A stretch of DNA of 64,000 nucleotides from Comamonadaceae bacterium (GTDB lineage: Bacteria; Pseudomonadota; Gammaproteobacteria; Burkholderiales; Burkholderiaceae_C), in contig CANFKQ010000001.1 in assembly GCA_947447405.1 (NCBI GenBank), positions 1,382 through 65,381 of the forward strand, written 5' to 3'. Numbering within the stretch: position 1 is the first letter of the stretch; each line of letters opens with the position of its first letter. The position numbers and the translations under genes are program-made. Positions 49,545-60,220 of the stretch are shown here, piece after piece. Below the pieces are notes generated by a model. It was not told the DNA's origin. It did not search any database and saw only the letters and a list, made by a program, of their open reading frames with translations.

Positions 49545-50639
49545 ATGGTGTCTCCTATTTCATCCTTTGCGCGTTTGCCTTTTGTGATTGTTTGCTGTGT
49601 GCTTTTCGCAAGTTGCAGCAAGGCGCCGCCTCAGCAAGAGCCCATTCGGGCAGTCAAAATTTTAAAGGTTGGTGAGTTGAGTGCGTCCTATGATTTGGAG
49701 TTCTCAGGTGAGATACGTGCCCGTGTTGAATCGACTTTAGGCTTTCGCGTCGGCGGCAAGCTCATCAACCGTCAGGTCGAGTTGGGCCAGCGCGTCAAGG
49801 CGGGGCAGCTGTTGGCGCAAATTGACCCACAAGACTACCGCGTGGCCGCAGATGCCGCAGCCGCTCAGCTGATCGCAGCGCAAAGTAACCGCGATGTGGC
49901 AGTGGCTGACTTGAAACGCTACCAAGGTTTGTTTGATCAAGGTTTTATCAGCGTCGCCGAGCTTGAGCGCCGCCAAGCCAGCGAAAAAGCTGCACAGGCA
50001 CAGTGGAGGCAAGCACAAGCGCAAAACACGGTGCAAGGCAACCAATCGAACTACACGCATTTACTTGCCGATGGTGCAGGGGTGATCACATCGATTGATG
50101 CATCAGCAGGGCAGGTGGTTACTGCTGGGCAGCCTGTGGTTCGACTGGCGCTCGATGGTCCGCGTGACGTGGTGTTTTCTGTGTCTGAGGATAAGTTGGC
50201 AACTTTGAAAGCCGGGGTCGTGGTGGATGTGCGCCAATGGCAAGATGGCAAAACGCTTGAAGCCAAGGTGCGCGACGTTTCTGCCAGTGCTGATCTGGTC
50301 ACGCGAACTTTTGTTGTGAAAGCCGCATTGTCAAAGGACGCCGATCCTGTATTGGGCTCCACAGCCACCGTGAGTTTGCGTGCTGCCAAATTGGTAGGAG
50401 CGAAACTTCGCATCAAGTTGCCTACTCAGGCCCTGCGAACAGAAGCGGGTGCAACTGCGGTTTGGGTTCTTGACCCCGCGAGCATGACTGTGAAGTCACA
50501 GGCTATTCAAGTTTCAACAACCGATGGCAATGAAGCTGTGGTCGACTCCGGTCTCCAAGACGGTGACCAAGTGGTGGTCTCCGGCGTGCATGTGCTGACG
50601 GCAGGCCAGAAGGTGTCTGTCTTCGGCGCGGCCAAGTGA
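49545..50639 (+). CDS. RND efflux periplasmic adaptor subunit
   Basis: Lipoprotein-like signal (FASC), FRVGGK...V..GQ.V.AGQLLA.ID motif, GL..GD.VV. Confidence 0.9.
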   Translation: MVSPISSFARLPFVIVCCVLFASCSKAPPQQEPIRAVKILKVGELSASYDLEFSGEIRARVESTLGFRVGGKLINRQVELGQRVKAGQLLAQIDPQDYRVAADAAAAQLIAAQSNRDVAVADLKRYQGLFDQGFISVAELERRQASEKAAQAQWRQAQAQNTVQGNQSNYTHLLADGAGVITSIDASAGQVVTAGQPVVRLALDGPRDVVFSVSEDKLATLKAGVVVDVRQWQDGKTLEAKVRDVSASADLVTRTFVVKAALSKDADPVLGSTATVSLRAAKLVGAKLRIKLPTQALRTEAGATAVWVLDPASMTVKSQAIQVSTTDGNEAVVDSGLQDGDQVVVSGVHVLTAGQKVSVFGAAK

Positions 50640-50646
50640 GGTGGGC

Positions 50647-53600
50647 ATGGAAAAGTTCAACCTCTCCAAATGGGCAATTGATCACCCAGCGCTGACTCGT
50701 TATTTGATGGTCGTGCTCATGGTGTTGGGTATGGCGTCGTACTTTCAGCTGGGTCAAGACGAAGATCCCCCGTTCACTTTTCGCGCCATGGTCGTTCGCA
50801 CCTATTGGCCGGGGGCGACGGCGCAGCAAGTGGCCGAACAAGTCACAGATAAGTTGGAGCGCACACTGCAAGAAGTGCCCTATGCCGACAAGATTCGCAG
50901 CTACTCTAAGCCCGGTGAGTCTCAAATTATTTTCCAAATCAAAGACTACTCCAAACCTGCGGATGTGCCCAATGTTTGGTATTCCGTGCGCAAGAAGATT
51001 GGTGACATTCGTTACACCTTGCCGCAAGGTGTTCAGGGCCCATTCTTCAATGATGAATTTGGCGATGTGTATGGCGTGATTTATGCCTTAGATGCGCCAG
51101 GTTTTAACCCCGCAGAAGTGAAGAAGTTTGCCGACGAGGTGCGTCAGCAACTCTTGCGCGTCAAAGATGTCGCCAAAGTCGAACAGTTTGGTGTGCAAGA
51201 CGAAAAAATCTTCGTAGAGATTGCACAAAAACGTTTGGTGCAATTGGGCCTTGATCTCAACGCTGTGTTATCCCAGTTGGGGCAAGAAAACGCGGTCGAA
51301 AACGCAGGCACGATCCAAACCCCCATCGACGTCCTGCAAGTGCGCATTGATGGCCAGTTTGAGACCGAAGAGCAATTACGCGCCATGCCCATTCGAGGCA
51401 GTTCAGGCCAACAGGTGAAGCTGGGTGACATTGCTAAGGTCAAGCGCGGTTACGTTGACCCTGCCATCGTGAAGGTACATCACCAAGGGCAACCTGTGGT
51501 TGCACTGGGAGTGTCCATGGCCAAAGGTGGCGACATCATTGCTTTGGGTAAGGCACTTGAAGTAGCTACCGTTCGCATTGAAAAAACCTTGCCCGCTGGC
51601 GTGACCTTGGCGCAAGTGCAAGACCAGCCCAAAGCTGTTTCTAAATCTGTGGGTGAATTTGTACACACTCTGATAGAGGCTGTACTCATTGTGTTGGTGG
51701 TTAGCTTTGTTGCGCTAGGTTTGCACAAAGGAGGGCGCTACGGTTGGTATGTGGATGTACGTCCGGGACTGGTGGTTGCGATCACGATTCCCTTGGTACT
51801 GGCCATGACATTTTTGGCTATGAATTATTGGGGCATTGGGCTGCACAAAATTTCATTGGGCTCGCTCATCATTGCACTGGGTCTCTTGGTGGATGACGCC
51901 ATCATCGCGGTGGAGATGATGGTGCGCAAGATGGAAGAGGGCTATGACCGCGTGCGTGCAGCAACTTTTGCGTATGAAGTGACCGCTATGCCCATGTTGA
52001 CAGGCACGCTCATCACGGCTGCCGGTTTCTTGCCGATTGGCATGGCCAAGTCCACAGTGGGCGAATACACCTTTGCCATTTTTGCGGTGACTGTCATTGC
52101 TCTCGTTTTGAGCTGGTGGGTGTCGGTGTACTTTGTGCCGTATTTGGGGACTTTGTTGTTGCAGGTGAAGCCGCATGGCGAGCACGACAGCGAGCACGAG
52201 TTGTTTGACGGCCCGTTTTACAAACACTTTCGCACGGCAGTGACTTGGTGTGTCGAATACCGCTGGAAGGCGATTGGTATTACTGTTTTGCTGTTTGTAT
52301 TGGGTATTGTGGGCATGGGTCGTGTGCAGCAGCAGTTTTTCCCAGACTCGGCGCGACCTGAAATTTTGGTGGACTTGTGGTTCCCCGAAGGCACTTCTTT
52401 CGCCGCCAATGAGGCGGTCACGCAAGCGGTTGAACAGCGCTTGCTCAAGGAGCCAGGCGTTGAAACAGTGAGTACCTGGTTTGGTTCTGGCGCTCCCCGC
52501 TTTTATTTGCCACTCGATCAGGTGTTTCCGCAGTCCAACGTTTCGCAAATCATCGTGGTGCCAGATGACTTGAAACACCGTGAATCTTTGCGTTTGGCTT
52601 GGCCTGCTATGTTGGCGCAAGAGTTCCCAGATGTGCGTGCCCGTGTGAAGCTTTTGCCCAACGGACCGCCTGTGCCATACCCCGTCCAGTTCCGCGTGGT
52701 GGGTGGTGACCCCAAAGTGTTGCGTTTGCGAGCCGATGAGGTCAAATCCGTCATGCGTGCCAATACCACCACGCGGGGCACGAACGATAACTGGAATGAA
52801 AACGTCAAAGCCATTAGCTTGGATGTCGATCAAGCCAAAGCGCGCAATTTGGGCGTTACCAGCCAGTCCATAGCACAGGCTGTGCGAACCCTTTTGGTTG
52901 GCTCGACCGTGGAGCAATTCCGCGAAGACAACAAGTTGATTGACATCGTGTTGCGTCAACCTTTGGAAGAGCGCGATGCCATCACCGACCTGAATAGTGC
53001 GTACGTCCCAACAAGCTCGGGCCGCATGATTCCTTTGGCGCAAATCGCCAAGCTGAATTTCACTTGGGAGCCTGGCGTGATGTGGCGTGAGGGCCGTGAA
53101 TACGCCATCACTGTGCAATGCGACATCATCGAGGGCCTGCAAGGCGCCACAGTGACGCAGCAGTTGTTGCCTGAGTTGAAAAAACTCGAGGCGCAATGGG
53201 CGCAAACTGATGCATCGAACTATCGCATTGAAGTCGCAGGGGCTGTGGAGGAAAGTTCGAAGGGTTCAAGCTCAATCTCTGCGGGGGTGCCAGTCATGCT
53301 GTTCATCACCTTTACTTTGCTGATGCTTCAGTTGCACAGCTTCAGCCGTGCCGTGTTGGTGTTTTTGACGGGGCCTTTGGGGCTAGTGGGTGTTGCTGCT
53401 GCTTTGTTGGTGCTCAATCGCCCATTCGGCTTCGTGGCGTTGCTGGGGGTAATCGCTTTGATGGGCATGATTCAGCGCAACTCGGTGATCTTGATTGACC
53501 AAATTGAGCAAGACCGTGCCAATGGTGTGCCGGCTTGGGAGGCCATCGTGGAATCAGCTGTGCGTCGTTTACGCCCCATTGTGCTCACTGCTGCGGCTGC

Positions 53601-53763
53601 AGTGCTGGCCATGATTCCGCTCACACGCAGCGTGTTTTGGGGCCCCATGGCCGTTGCCATCATGGGCGGACTCATTGTGGCCACCATCTTGACGCTCCTT
53701 GCCTTGCCTGCTATGTACGCGGCGTGGTTTAAGGTCGAAAAGCCGTCTAAAATGTCAAGTTGA
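50647..53763 (+). CDS. RND efflux permease subunit
   Basis: FNLSKWA, EDPPFT, GLLVDDAII and R.RPIVLTA motifs; about 1040 aa. Confidence 0.95.
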   Translation: MEKFNLSKWAIDHPALTRYLMVVLMVLGMASYFQLGQDEDPPFTFRAMVVRTYWPGATAQQVAEQVTDKLERTLQEVPYADKIRSYSKPGESQIIFQIKDYSKPADVPNVWYSVRKKIGDIRYTLPQGVQGPFFNDEFGDVYGVIYALDAPGFNPAEVKKFADEVRQQLLRVKDVAKVEQFGVQDEKIFVEIAQKRLVQLGLDLNAVLSQLGQENAVENAGTIQTPIDVLQVRIDGQFETEEQLRAMPIRGSSGQQVKLGDIAKVKRGYVDPAIVKVHHQGQPVVALGVSMAKGGDIIALGKALEVATVRIEKTLPAGVTLAQVQDQPKAVSKSVGEFVHTLIEAVLIVLVVSFVALGLHKGGRYGWYVDVRPGLVVAITIPLVLAMTFLAMNYWGIGLHKISLGSLIIALGLLVDDAIIAVEMMVRKMEEGYDRVRAATFAYEVTAMPMLTGTLITAAGFLPIGMAKSTVGEYTFAIFAVTVIALVLSWWVSVYFVPYLGTLLLQVKPHGEHDSEHELFDGPFYKHFRTAVTWCVEYRWKAIGITVLLFVLGIVGMGRVQQQFFPDSARPEILVDLWFPEGTSFAANEAVTQAVEQRLLKEPGVETVSTWFGSGAPRFYLPLDQVFPQSNVSQIIVVPDDLKHRESLRLAWPAMLAQEFPDVRARVKLLPNGPPVPYPVQFRVVGGDPKVLRLRADEVKSVMRANTTTRGTNDNWNENVKAISLDVDQAKARNLGVTSQSIAQAVRTLLVGSTVEQFREDNKLIDIVLRQPLEERDAITDLNSAYVPTSSGRMIPLAQIAKLNFTWEPGVMWREGREYAITVQCDIIEGLQGATVTQQLLPELKKLEAQWAQTDASNYRIEVAGAVEESSKGSSSISAGVPVMLFITFTLLMLQLHSFSRAVLVFLTGPLGLVGVAAALLVLNRPFGFVALLGVIALMGMIQRNSVILIDQIEQDRANGVPAWEAIVESAVRRLRPIVLTAAAAVLAMIPLTRSVFWGPMAVAIMGGLIVATILTLLALPAMYAAWFKVEKPSKMSS

Positions 53764-53815
53764 CCGATTTCAAGCGGGTGGTCTTTACAGGCCACCCGTT
53801 GTTATTTAGAAACCC

Positions 53816-53902
53816 GCGCGGGTGGCGAAATTGGTAGACGCACCAGGTTTAGGTCCTGACGTCCGCAAGGATGTGCGGGTTCGAGTCCCGCCCCGCGCAC
53901 CA
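53816..53902 (+). tRNA. tRNA-Leu(TAG)
   Basis: GCGCGGG acceptor stem, anticodon loop TTTAGGT, variable arm, GGTTCGAGTCC and CCA. Confidence 0.95.
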
Positions 53903-53963
53903 CTTGATTCATAGCAAGCGGCCAAAAGGCCGCTGCTAAACATGCCAATTTAGGAGAAACCAC

Positions 53964-55277
53964 ATGGCCGTGACCGTTGAAACTTTGGAAAAACTGGAAC
54001 GCAAAATTACTTTGACGTTGCCTGTGGATGTCATCGCCAAGGAAGTGGACGTGCGCTTGAAGCGCGTGGCACGCCAAGTCAAGATTGACGGCTTCCGTCC
54101 AGGTAAAGTGCCCATGAACATCGTGGCCCAACGCTACGGTTACTCCACCCAGTTCGAAGTGATGAATGACAAAGTAGGCGAAGCTTTTGCTGTGGCCACT
54201 AACGAAGCCAAGTTGCGCGTTGCAGGTCAGCCTAGCATCACTGAAAAAGAAGGCGCACCAGAAGGCCAAATGCAATTCGAAGCTGTCTTCGAGGTTTACC
54301 CAGAAGTGAAATTTGCCGACATGGCCAGCGTGGAAGTTGAAACCGTGTCTGCTGAAGTAACCGATGCAGCCATCGACAAAACCATCGACATCTTGCGCAA
54401 GCAACGCCGCACCTTTGCCCAACGTGGTTTGGACGGTGCAGCGCAAGACAACGACCGCGTGACCATTGACTTCGAAGGCAAGATCGACGGCGAACCCTTC
54501 CAAGGCGGCAAAGCCGAAGACTTCCAGTTCTTGCTCGGCGAAGGCCAAATGCTCAAAGAATTTGAAGATGCTGTGCGCGGTATGAAGTCTGGCGAAAGCA
54601 AGACCTTCCCACTGAGCTTCCCAGCCGACTATCACGGCAAAGAAGTCGCTGGCAAACAGTCTGATTTTTTGGTGACTTTGAAGAAAGTCGAAGCCGCTCA
54701 CTTGCCAGAAGTGACAGACGAATTGGCAAAGTCTTTGGGCGTGGCGGATGCCACAGTGGCTGGTTTGCGCGCTGACATCAAGAAAAACTTGGAACGCGAA
54801 GTCAAGTTCCGTTTGTTGGGCCGTAACAAGCAAGCTGCTTTGGACGCTGTGGCGACCAAGGCCGAGCTCGATTTGCCAAAAGCCAGCGTGCAAGCTGAAC
54901 TCGACCGCATGATCGAAGGCGCTCGTGCTGACCTTAAGTCACGCGGCATCAAAGACGCTGATAAAGCTCCCATCCCTGACGACATCTTCCGTCCACAAGC
55001 TGAAAAGCGTGTGCGCATGGGCTTAGTGGTGGCTGACTTGGTTCGCGCCAACAACTTGCAAGCCACGGCTGAGCAAATCAAAGCCCACATCGAAGAATTA
55101 GCCTCTAGCTATGAGAAGCCAGCCGATGTGGTGCGTTGGTACTACGGCGACATGGGTCGTTTGGGAGAAGTTGAGGCCATCGTCATTGAAAACAACGTGA
55201 CCGACTTCATCTTATCTAAAGCCAAGGTCAATACCAAAGCAATTTCGTTCGACGAATTGATGGGTCAGCAAGGCTGA
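53964..55277 (+). CDS. tig: trigger factor
   Basis: GFRPGKVP signature and FKBP domain. Confidence 0.97.
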   Translation: MAVTVETLEKLERKITLTLPVDVIAKEVDVRLKRVARQVKIDGFRPGKVPMNIVAQRYGYSTQFEVMNDKVGEAFAVATNEAKLRVAGQPSITEKEGAPEGQMQFEAVFEVYPEVKFADMASVEVETVSAEVTDAAIDKTIDILRKQRRTFAQRGLDGAAQDNDRVTIDFEGKIDGEPFQGGKAEDFQFLLGEGQMLKEFEDAVRGMKSGESKTFPLSFPADYHGKEVAGKQSDFLVTLKKVEAAHLPEVTDELAKSLGVADATVAGLRADIKKNLEREVKFRLLGRNKQAALDAVATKAELDLPKASVQAELDRMIEGARADLKSRGIKDADKAPIPDDIFRPQAEKRVRMGLVVADLVRANNLQATAEQIKAHIEELASSYEKPADVVRWYYGDMGRLGEVEAIVIENNVTDFILSKAKVNTKAISFDELMGQQG

Positions 55278-55297
55278 TCCACGCACAAGGAAACAAC

Positions 55298-55906
55298 ATG
55301 AGCGCACTGGATACACAAGCTTTGGGCATGGTCCCCATGGTCATCGAGCAGTCGGGCCGCGGTGAGCGGTCTTATGACATTTATTCACGCTTGCTCAAAG
55401 AGCGCGTGATCTTCTTGGTGGGCGAAGTCAACGATCAAACCGCCAATTTGGTTGTGGCTCAGTTGTTGTTCCTTGAGAGCGAGAACCCTGATAAGGACAT
55501 CTCGCTCTACATCAACTCTCCAGGTGGTTCAGTGAGTGCCGGCATGTCGGTGTTTGACACGATGAACTTTATCAAGCCCCACGTGTCCACACTATGCATC
55601 GGCATGGCCGCCAGCATGGGTGCGTTCTTGTTGGCTGCAGGCGAGAAGGGTAAGCGTTTCTCGTTGCCAAATTCAAAGGTCATGATTCACCAGCCTTTGG
55701 GCGGCACACGCGGTCAAGCCACTGAGATCGAAATTCATGCACGCGAAATTTTGAAGACACGCGAGCAATTGAACCGCATCTTGGCTGAGCGCACGGGCCA
55801 GCCCTTGGACAAAATTCAACGTGATACCGAGCGTGACTACTACTTGAGCGCTGACGAGTCCAAAGAGTACGGTTTGATTGATCAAGTGATCAGCAAGCGC
55901 GGCTAA
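55298..55906 (+). CDS. clpP: ClpP protease
   Basis: [19 protein letters not shown] and MIHQP motifs. Confidence 0.97.
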   Translation: MSALDTQALGMVPMVIEQSGRGERSYDIYSRLLKERVIFLVGEVNDQTANLVVAQLLFLESENPDKDISLYINSPGGSVSAGMSVFDTMNFIKPHVSTLCIGMAASMGAFLLAAGEKGKRFSLPNSKVMIHQPLGGTRGQATEIEIHAREILKTREQLNRILAERTGQPLDKIQRDTERDYYLSADESKEYGLIDQVISKRG

Positions 55907-55943
55907 TTGACACGTCACGCACATCCCACACATAAGCATTGAC

Positions 55944-57209
55944 ATGGTTGATAAAAAAAGCGCTTCTGGCGAAAAAACGCTTTACTGCACCTTCTGCGGT
56001 AAAAGCCAGCACGAAGTTAAAAAACTCATCGCAGGCCCATCGGTCTTTATTTGCGACGAGTGCATTGACTTGTGCAATGAAATCATCCGTGATGAGCTGC
56101 CAAGTCTAGAAGCTACTAAAGAAAAGGGCAGCGATCTGCCAACGCCTGCAGAAATCAAAGCCAACCTCGATAACTATGTGATTGGCCAAGAACTGGCCAA
56201 GCGCACGCTGGCTGTAGCTGTCTACAACCATTACAAGCGTTTGAAGCACAAAGAATCGTCTAAGAAAGACGATGTTGAGCTGACTAAGAGCAACATCTTG
56301 CTGATCGGCCCCACAGGGTCAGGCAAGACCTTGCTGGCGCAAACCTTGGCGCGCATGTTGAATGTGCCGTTCGTCATGGCAGATGCCACTACATTGACCG
56401 AAGCAGGTTATGTGGGTGAGGACGTTGAGAACATCATCCAAAAGCTGTTGCAAACCTGCGATTACGACGTGGAACGTGCCCAACGCGGCATCGTCTACAT
56501 CGACGAGATCGATAAGATTTCACGCAAGTCTGATAACCCCTCCATCACGCGTGATGTATCGGGTGAGGGTGTGCAACAAGCCTTACTCAAGCTGATCGAG
56601 GGCACGATGGCCAGCATTCCGCCTCAAGGTGGCCGCAAGCATCCCAACCAAGATTTCTTGCAAATCGACACGACCAACATCTTGTTCATTTGCGGTGGCG
56701 CATTTGCTGGGCTTGAAAAAGTCATCGAAAACCGCACCGAAGCTTCGGGCATTGGCTTTGGCGCCACGGTCAAGAGCAAAGAGTCACGCAGCCTGACCGA
56801 GGTGTTTGGTGAAGTTGAGCCACAAGACATCATCAAGTTCGGTTTGATTCCTGAGCTGGTGGGACGTATGCCCGTGATCGCGGCCTTGGCTGAGTTGACT
56901 GAAGATGCCTTGGTGCAAATTTTGACTGAGCCAAAGAACGCCTTGGTGAAGCAGTACAGCAAACTATTGGCCATGGAAGGCGCTGAGCTTGAGATCCGTC
57001 CAGCAGCTTTGCGTGCCATTGCCAAAAAAGCCCTGGCGCGTAAAACTGGTGCGCGTGGTTTACGCTCTATCCTTGAACAATCACTGATCGACACTATGTA
57101 TGAATTACCTAATTCATCGAATGTCGAAAAGGTGGTGGTCGAAGAGTCCACTATCGACGAGAACAAGCCACCTTTGTTGGTGTACCGAGAAGCTGCCAAG
57201 AAAGCTTAA
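55944..57209 (+). CDS. clpX: ClpX ATPase
   Basis: CTFCGK..C..C zinc finger, GPTGSGKT and GARGLR motifs. Confidence 0.97.
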   Translation: MVDKKSASGEKTLYCTFCGKSQHEVKKLIAGPSVFICDECIDLCNEIIRDELPSLEATKEKGSDLPTPAEIKANLDNYVIGQELAKRTLAVAVYNHYKRLKHKESSKKDDVELTKSNILLIGPTGSGKTLLAQTLARMLNVPFVMADATTLTEAGYVGEDVENIIQKLLQTCDYDVERAQRGIVYIDEIDKISRKSDNPSITRDVSGEGVQQALLKLIEGTMASIPPQGGRKHPNQDFLQIDTTNILFICGGAFAGLEKVIENRTEASGIGFGATVKSKESRSLTEVFGEVEPQDIIKFGLIPELVGRMPVIAALAELTEDALVQILTEPKNALVKQYSKLLAMEGAELEIRPAALRAIAKKALARKTGARGLRSILEQSLIDTMYELPNSSNVEKVVVEESTIDENKPPLLVYREAAKKA

Positions 57210-57221
57210 AGATTCATCTCG

Positions 57222-57251
57222 GGGACGGTGCCTAGCACGCGTCCCTTTTTT
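57222..57251 (+). terminator. terminator-like hairpin between clpX and lon
   Basis: GGGACG-GTGC-CTA-GCAC-G-CGTCCC followed by a T run. Confidence 0.55.
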
Positions 57252-57266
57252 ACAGGAAGGCTGACC

Positions 57267-59684
57267 ATGTCTGGACAACCCCCGCTGCCCGCTACCCCTC
57301 TTGAACTGCCGTTGTTGCCTTTGCGTGACGTGGTGGTGTTCCCGCATATGGTGATTCCCTTGTTTGTGGGGCGCCCCAAGAGCATCAAAGCGCTCGAAGC
57401 TGCAATGGCCGCTGAGCGTCGCATCATGTTGGTCGCACAAAAAGCCGCAGCTAAAGATGAACCTTCAGTGGCTGACATGTTCGAAGTCGGTTGCGTGTCG
57501 ACTATTTTGCAAATGCTGAAGCTGCCCGATGGCACCGTCAAGGTTTTGGTGGAAGGCCAGCAACGCGCGAAGGTTGACGGTATCGAAGACGGTGAATCGC
57601 ATTTCACTGCGCACGTCACGCCCATCGAAGTCTTGCCTTCTGAAACTGGCAGCGAAGTTGAGGCCTTGCGCCGTGCAGTGATGCAGCAGTTCGACCAATA
57701 CGTCAAACTGAACAAAAAAATCCCGCCAGAAATTTTGACATCTATTGCCAGTATTGATGATGCAGGCCGCTTGGCTGACACCATTGCTGCGCACTTGCCT
57801 TTGAAGTTGGAGAGCAAACAAGTGGTGCTCGACTTGTCGCCTGTGCGTGAGCGCTTGTCTAACTTGTTTGAGCAAATCGAGCGCGAAGTTGAAATTCTCA
57901 ATGTCGATAAGAAAATCCGCGGCCGCGTCAAGCGCCAGATGGAAAAGAACCAACGCGACTTCTATTTGAACGAACAGGTCAAAGCCATCCAGAAAGAACT
58001 GGGCGAAGGCGAAGAGGGTGCTGACATTGAAGAGATTGAGAAAAAGATCAAAGCCGCTCGCTTGCCCCAAGAGGCACGCAAAAAGGCTGAGTCTGAATTG
58101 AAGAAACTCAAGCTCATGTCTCCTATGTCAGCCGAAGCCACCGTGGTGCGTAACTTCCTTGACGTGTTGGTGGGTTTGCCTTGGCATAAGAAAACCAAGA
58201 TCAAACACGATCTAGGTAATGCAGAAAACGTGTTGAACGAAGACCATTACGGCCTCGACAAAGTCAAAGACCGCATCTTGGAATATCTTGCTGTGCAACA
58301 GCGCGTTGATAAGGTGAAAGCGCCAATTCTTTGCTTGGTTGGCCCTCCTGGTGTGGGTAAAACTTCGCTGGGTCAATCCATTGCCAAAGCCACAGGTCGC
58401 AAGTATGTTCGCATGGCCTTGGGCGGTATGCGTGACGAGGCTGAAATTCGCGGCCATCGTCGCACCTACATTGGCGCGATGCCGGGCAAAGTTCTGCAAA
58501 GCTTGACCAAGGTCGGGACGCGAAATCCCTTGTTCTTGTTGGATGAAATCGACAAGCTTGGCATGGACTCGCGTGGCGACCCTTCCAGTGCATTGTTAGA
58601 GGTGTTGGATCCCGAACAAAACAACAAGTTTGCCGACCACTACGTGGAAGTCGATTACGACTTGAGCGATGTGATGTTCGTGGCGACATCCAACTCGATG
58701 AACATTCCGCCAGCGTTGCTCGACCGTATGGAAGTGATTCGTTTGTCGGGCTATACCGAAGACGAAAAAACTAACATTGCCATCAAATATTTGCTGCCTA
58801 AGCAAATGAAAAACAACGGCGTCAGAGACGATGAGTTGTCAGTGGACGAAGCTGCTGTGCGCGACATCGTGCGTTACTACACGCGTGAAGCAGGTGTGCG
58901 TTCGCTCGAGCGCGAAATGTCCAAAATTTGCCGCAAGGTGGTTAAGGCTTTGTTGCTCAAGCAAATGACGCCACAGGTCAAGGTGACCGCAGATAACTTG
59001 CCTGATTTCCTTGGTGTGCGTAAGTACACCTATGGCCGTGCTGAAGCCGAAAACCAAGTGGGTCAAGTGGTGGGCTTGGCGTGGACAGAGGTCGGCGGCG
59101 ATTTGCTGACCATCGAAGCCGCCATCATGATTGGCAAGGGAACCATCACGCGCACCGGTTCGCTGGGCGATGTGATGAAGGAGTCTGTCGAGGCCGCTCG
59201 CACGGTGGTGCGCAGCCGCGCACGCCGCTTGGGCATCGCGGAAGAGCTGCTCGAGAAGCGCGACATCCATATCCATGTGCCCGATGGCGCCACACCCAAA
59301 GACGGACCTAGTGCAGGTGCAGCCATGACCACTGCCTTAGTGTCAGCCCTCACAGGTATTCCTGTACGTGCAGATGTTGCCATGACGGGTGAGATCACCT
59401 TGCGTGGCGAAGTCACTGCCATCGGTGGTTTGAAAGAGAAGCTGTTGGCAGCATTGCGCGGTGGTATCAAGACCGTGTTGATACCAGAAGAAAACGTGAA
59501 AGACTTGCAAGAGATTCCAGAAAACGTGAAAAACGGTTTGGAAATCGTGCCGGTGCGTTGGATCGACAAAGTCCTCGAGATTGCTCTTGAAAAAATGCCA
59601 ACATCGTTACCAGATGAAGTGCCTGCTGTAGCTGCTGTCACAGCTGTTGAGACCGTGACGAAAGTTGAAGCCATTAAGCATTAA
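57267..59684 (+). CDS. lon: Lon protease
   Basis: LPLRDVVVFP, GPPGVGKT and PKDGPSAG motifs; start trimmed to MSGQ. Confidence 0.97.
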   Translation: MSGQPPLPATPLELPLLPLRDVVVFPHMVIPLFVGRPKSIKALEAAMAAERRIMLVAQKAAAKDEPSVADMFEVGCVSTILQMLKLPDGTVKVLVEGQQRAKVDGIEDGESHFTAHVTPIEVLPSETGSEVEALRRAVMQQFDQYVKLNKKIPPEILTSIASIDDAGRLADTIAAHLPLKLESKQVVLDLSPVRERLSNLFEQIEREVEILNVDKKIRGRVKRQMEKNQRDFYLNEQVKAIQKELGEGEEGADIEEIEKKIKAARLPQEARKKAESELKKLKLMSPMSAEATVVRNFLDVLVGLPWHKKTKIKHDLGNAENVLNEDHYGLDKVKDRILEYLAVQQRVDKVKAPILCLVGPPGVGKTSLGQSIAKATGRKYVRMALGGMRDEAEIRGHRRTYIGAMPGKVLQSLTKVGTRNPLFLLDEIDKLGMDSRGDPSSALLEVLDPEQNNKFADHYVEVDYDLSDVMFVATSNSMNIPPALLDRMEVIRLSGYTEDEKTNIAIKYLLPKQMKNNGVRDDELSVDEAAVRDIVRYYTREAGVRSLEREMSKICRKVVKALLLKQMTPQVKVTADNLPDFLGVRKYTYGRAEAENQVGQVVGLAWTEVGGDLLTIEAAIMIGKGTITRTGSLGDVMKESVEAARTVVRSRARRLGIAEELLEKRDIHIHVPDGATPKDGPSAGAAMTTALVSALTGIPVRADVAMTGEITLRGEVTAIGGLKEKLLAALRGGIKTVLIPEENVKDLQEIPENVKNGLEIVPVRWIDKVLEIALEKMPTSLPDEVPAVAAVTAVETVTKVEAIKH

Positions 59685-59742
59685 GGTTTTTTCTAGCGGA
59701 CTACTCGATAGAGTAAAAATTGCGCTACAATGTAACTCTTAT

Positions 59743-59818
59743 GCGGGAATAGCTCAGTTGGTAGAGCGCAACCTTGCCAAGGTTGAGGTCGCGAGTTCGA
59801 ATCTCGTTTCCCGCTCCA
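59743..59818 (+). tRNA. tRNA-Gly(GCC)
   Basis: GCGGGAATAGCTCAGTTGGTAGAGC, anticodon loop TTGCCAA, CCA end; 76 nt. Confidence 0.97.
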
Positions 59819-59827
59819 AATTCGATC

Positions 59828-59855
59828 AGGGAAGCAACACAATGCTTCCCTTTTT
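59828..59855 (+). terminator. hairpin plus T run between tRNA-Gly and tRNA-Cys
   Basis: AGGGAAGCA-ACACAA-TGCTTCCCT followed by TTTT. Confidence 0.65.
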
Positions 59856-59868
59856 CGTCAAAGTGAAC

Positions 59869-59942
59869 GGCGCGATAGCAAAGCGGTTATGCACCGGATT
59901 GCAAATCCGTTTAGCCCAGTTCGACTCTGGGTCGCGCCTCCA
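59869..59942 (+). tRNA. tRNA-Cys(GCA)
   Basis: GGCGCGA acceptor stem, CGGA-TTGCAAA-TCCG anticodon arm, CCA end; 74 nt. Confidence 0.96.
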
Positions 59943-59949
59943 TCAAACT

Positions 59950-59982
59950 AAAGCAACTGTCTCAGGGCAGTTGCTTTTTTTT
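59950..59982 (+). terminator. terminator after tRNA-Cys
   Basis: AAAGCAACTGTC-TCAG-GGCAGTTGCTTT followed by a T run. Confidence 0.85.
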
Positions 59983-60220
59983 CGCCCGCACAGTTTCGCA
60001 CAGTTTCTACCGTTAGCTAGGGTTGCTTTACACATGCGGCAGGGTGTAGCAGCGTGGTTACAGCTTGCTAGGCCTTGGTGTTAACTTTGCCCACAGCGTA
60101 GCTAGGCCTGCTGCACGCTTGCGATTTCTAGCGTTTTAGGGGCTAGGACTCTGTGGCAGGGCTAAGAATTTATAACCCCGATAGCAGCATGCAATAGACG
60201 TTGGTTCTTTAGAATGAAGC

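Noticed and set aside
51853-54893. Long minus-strand ORFs (450 aa and 363 aa)
   Set aside because: Antisense to the RND permease and to tig/tRNA-Leu; shadow ORFs
59665-60084. 139-aa ORF downstream of lon
   Set aside because: Spans tRNA-Gly and tRNA-Cys; spurious
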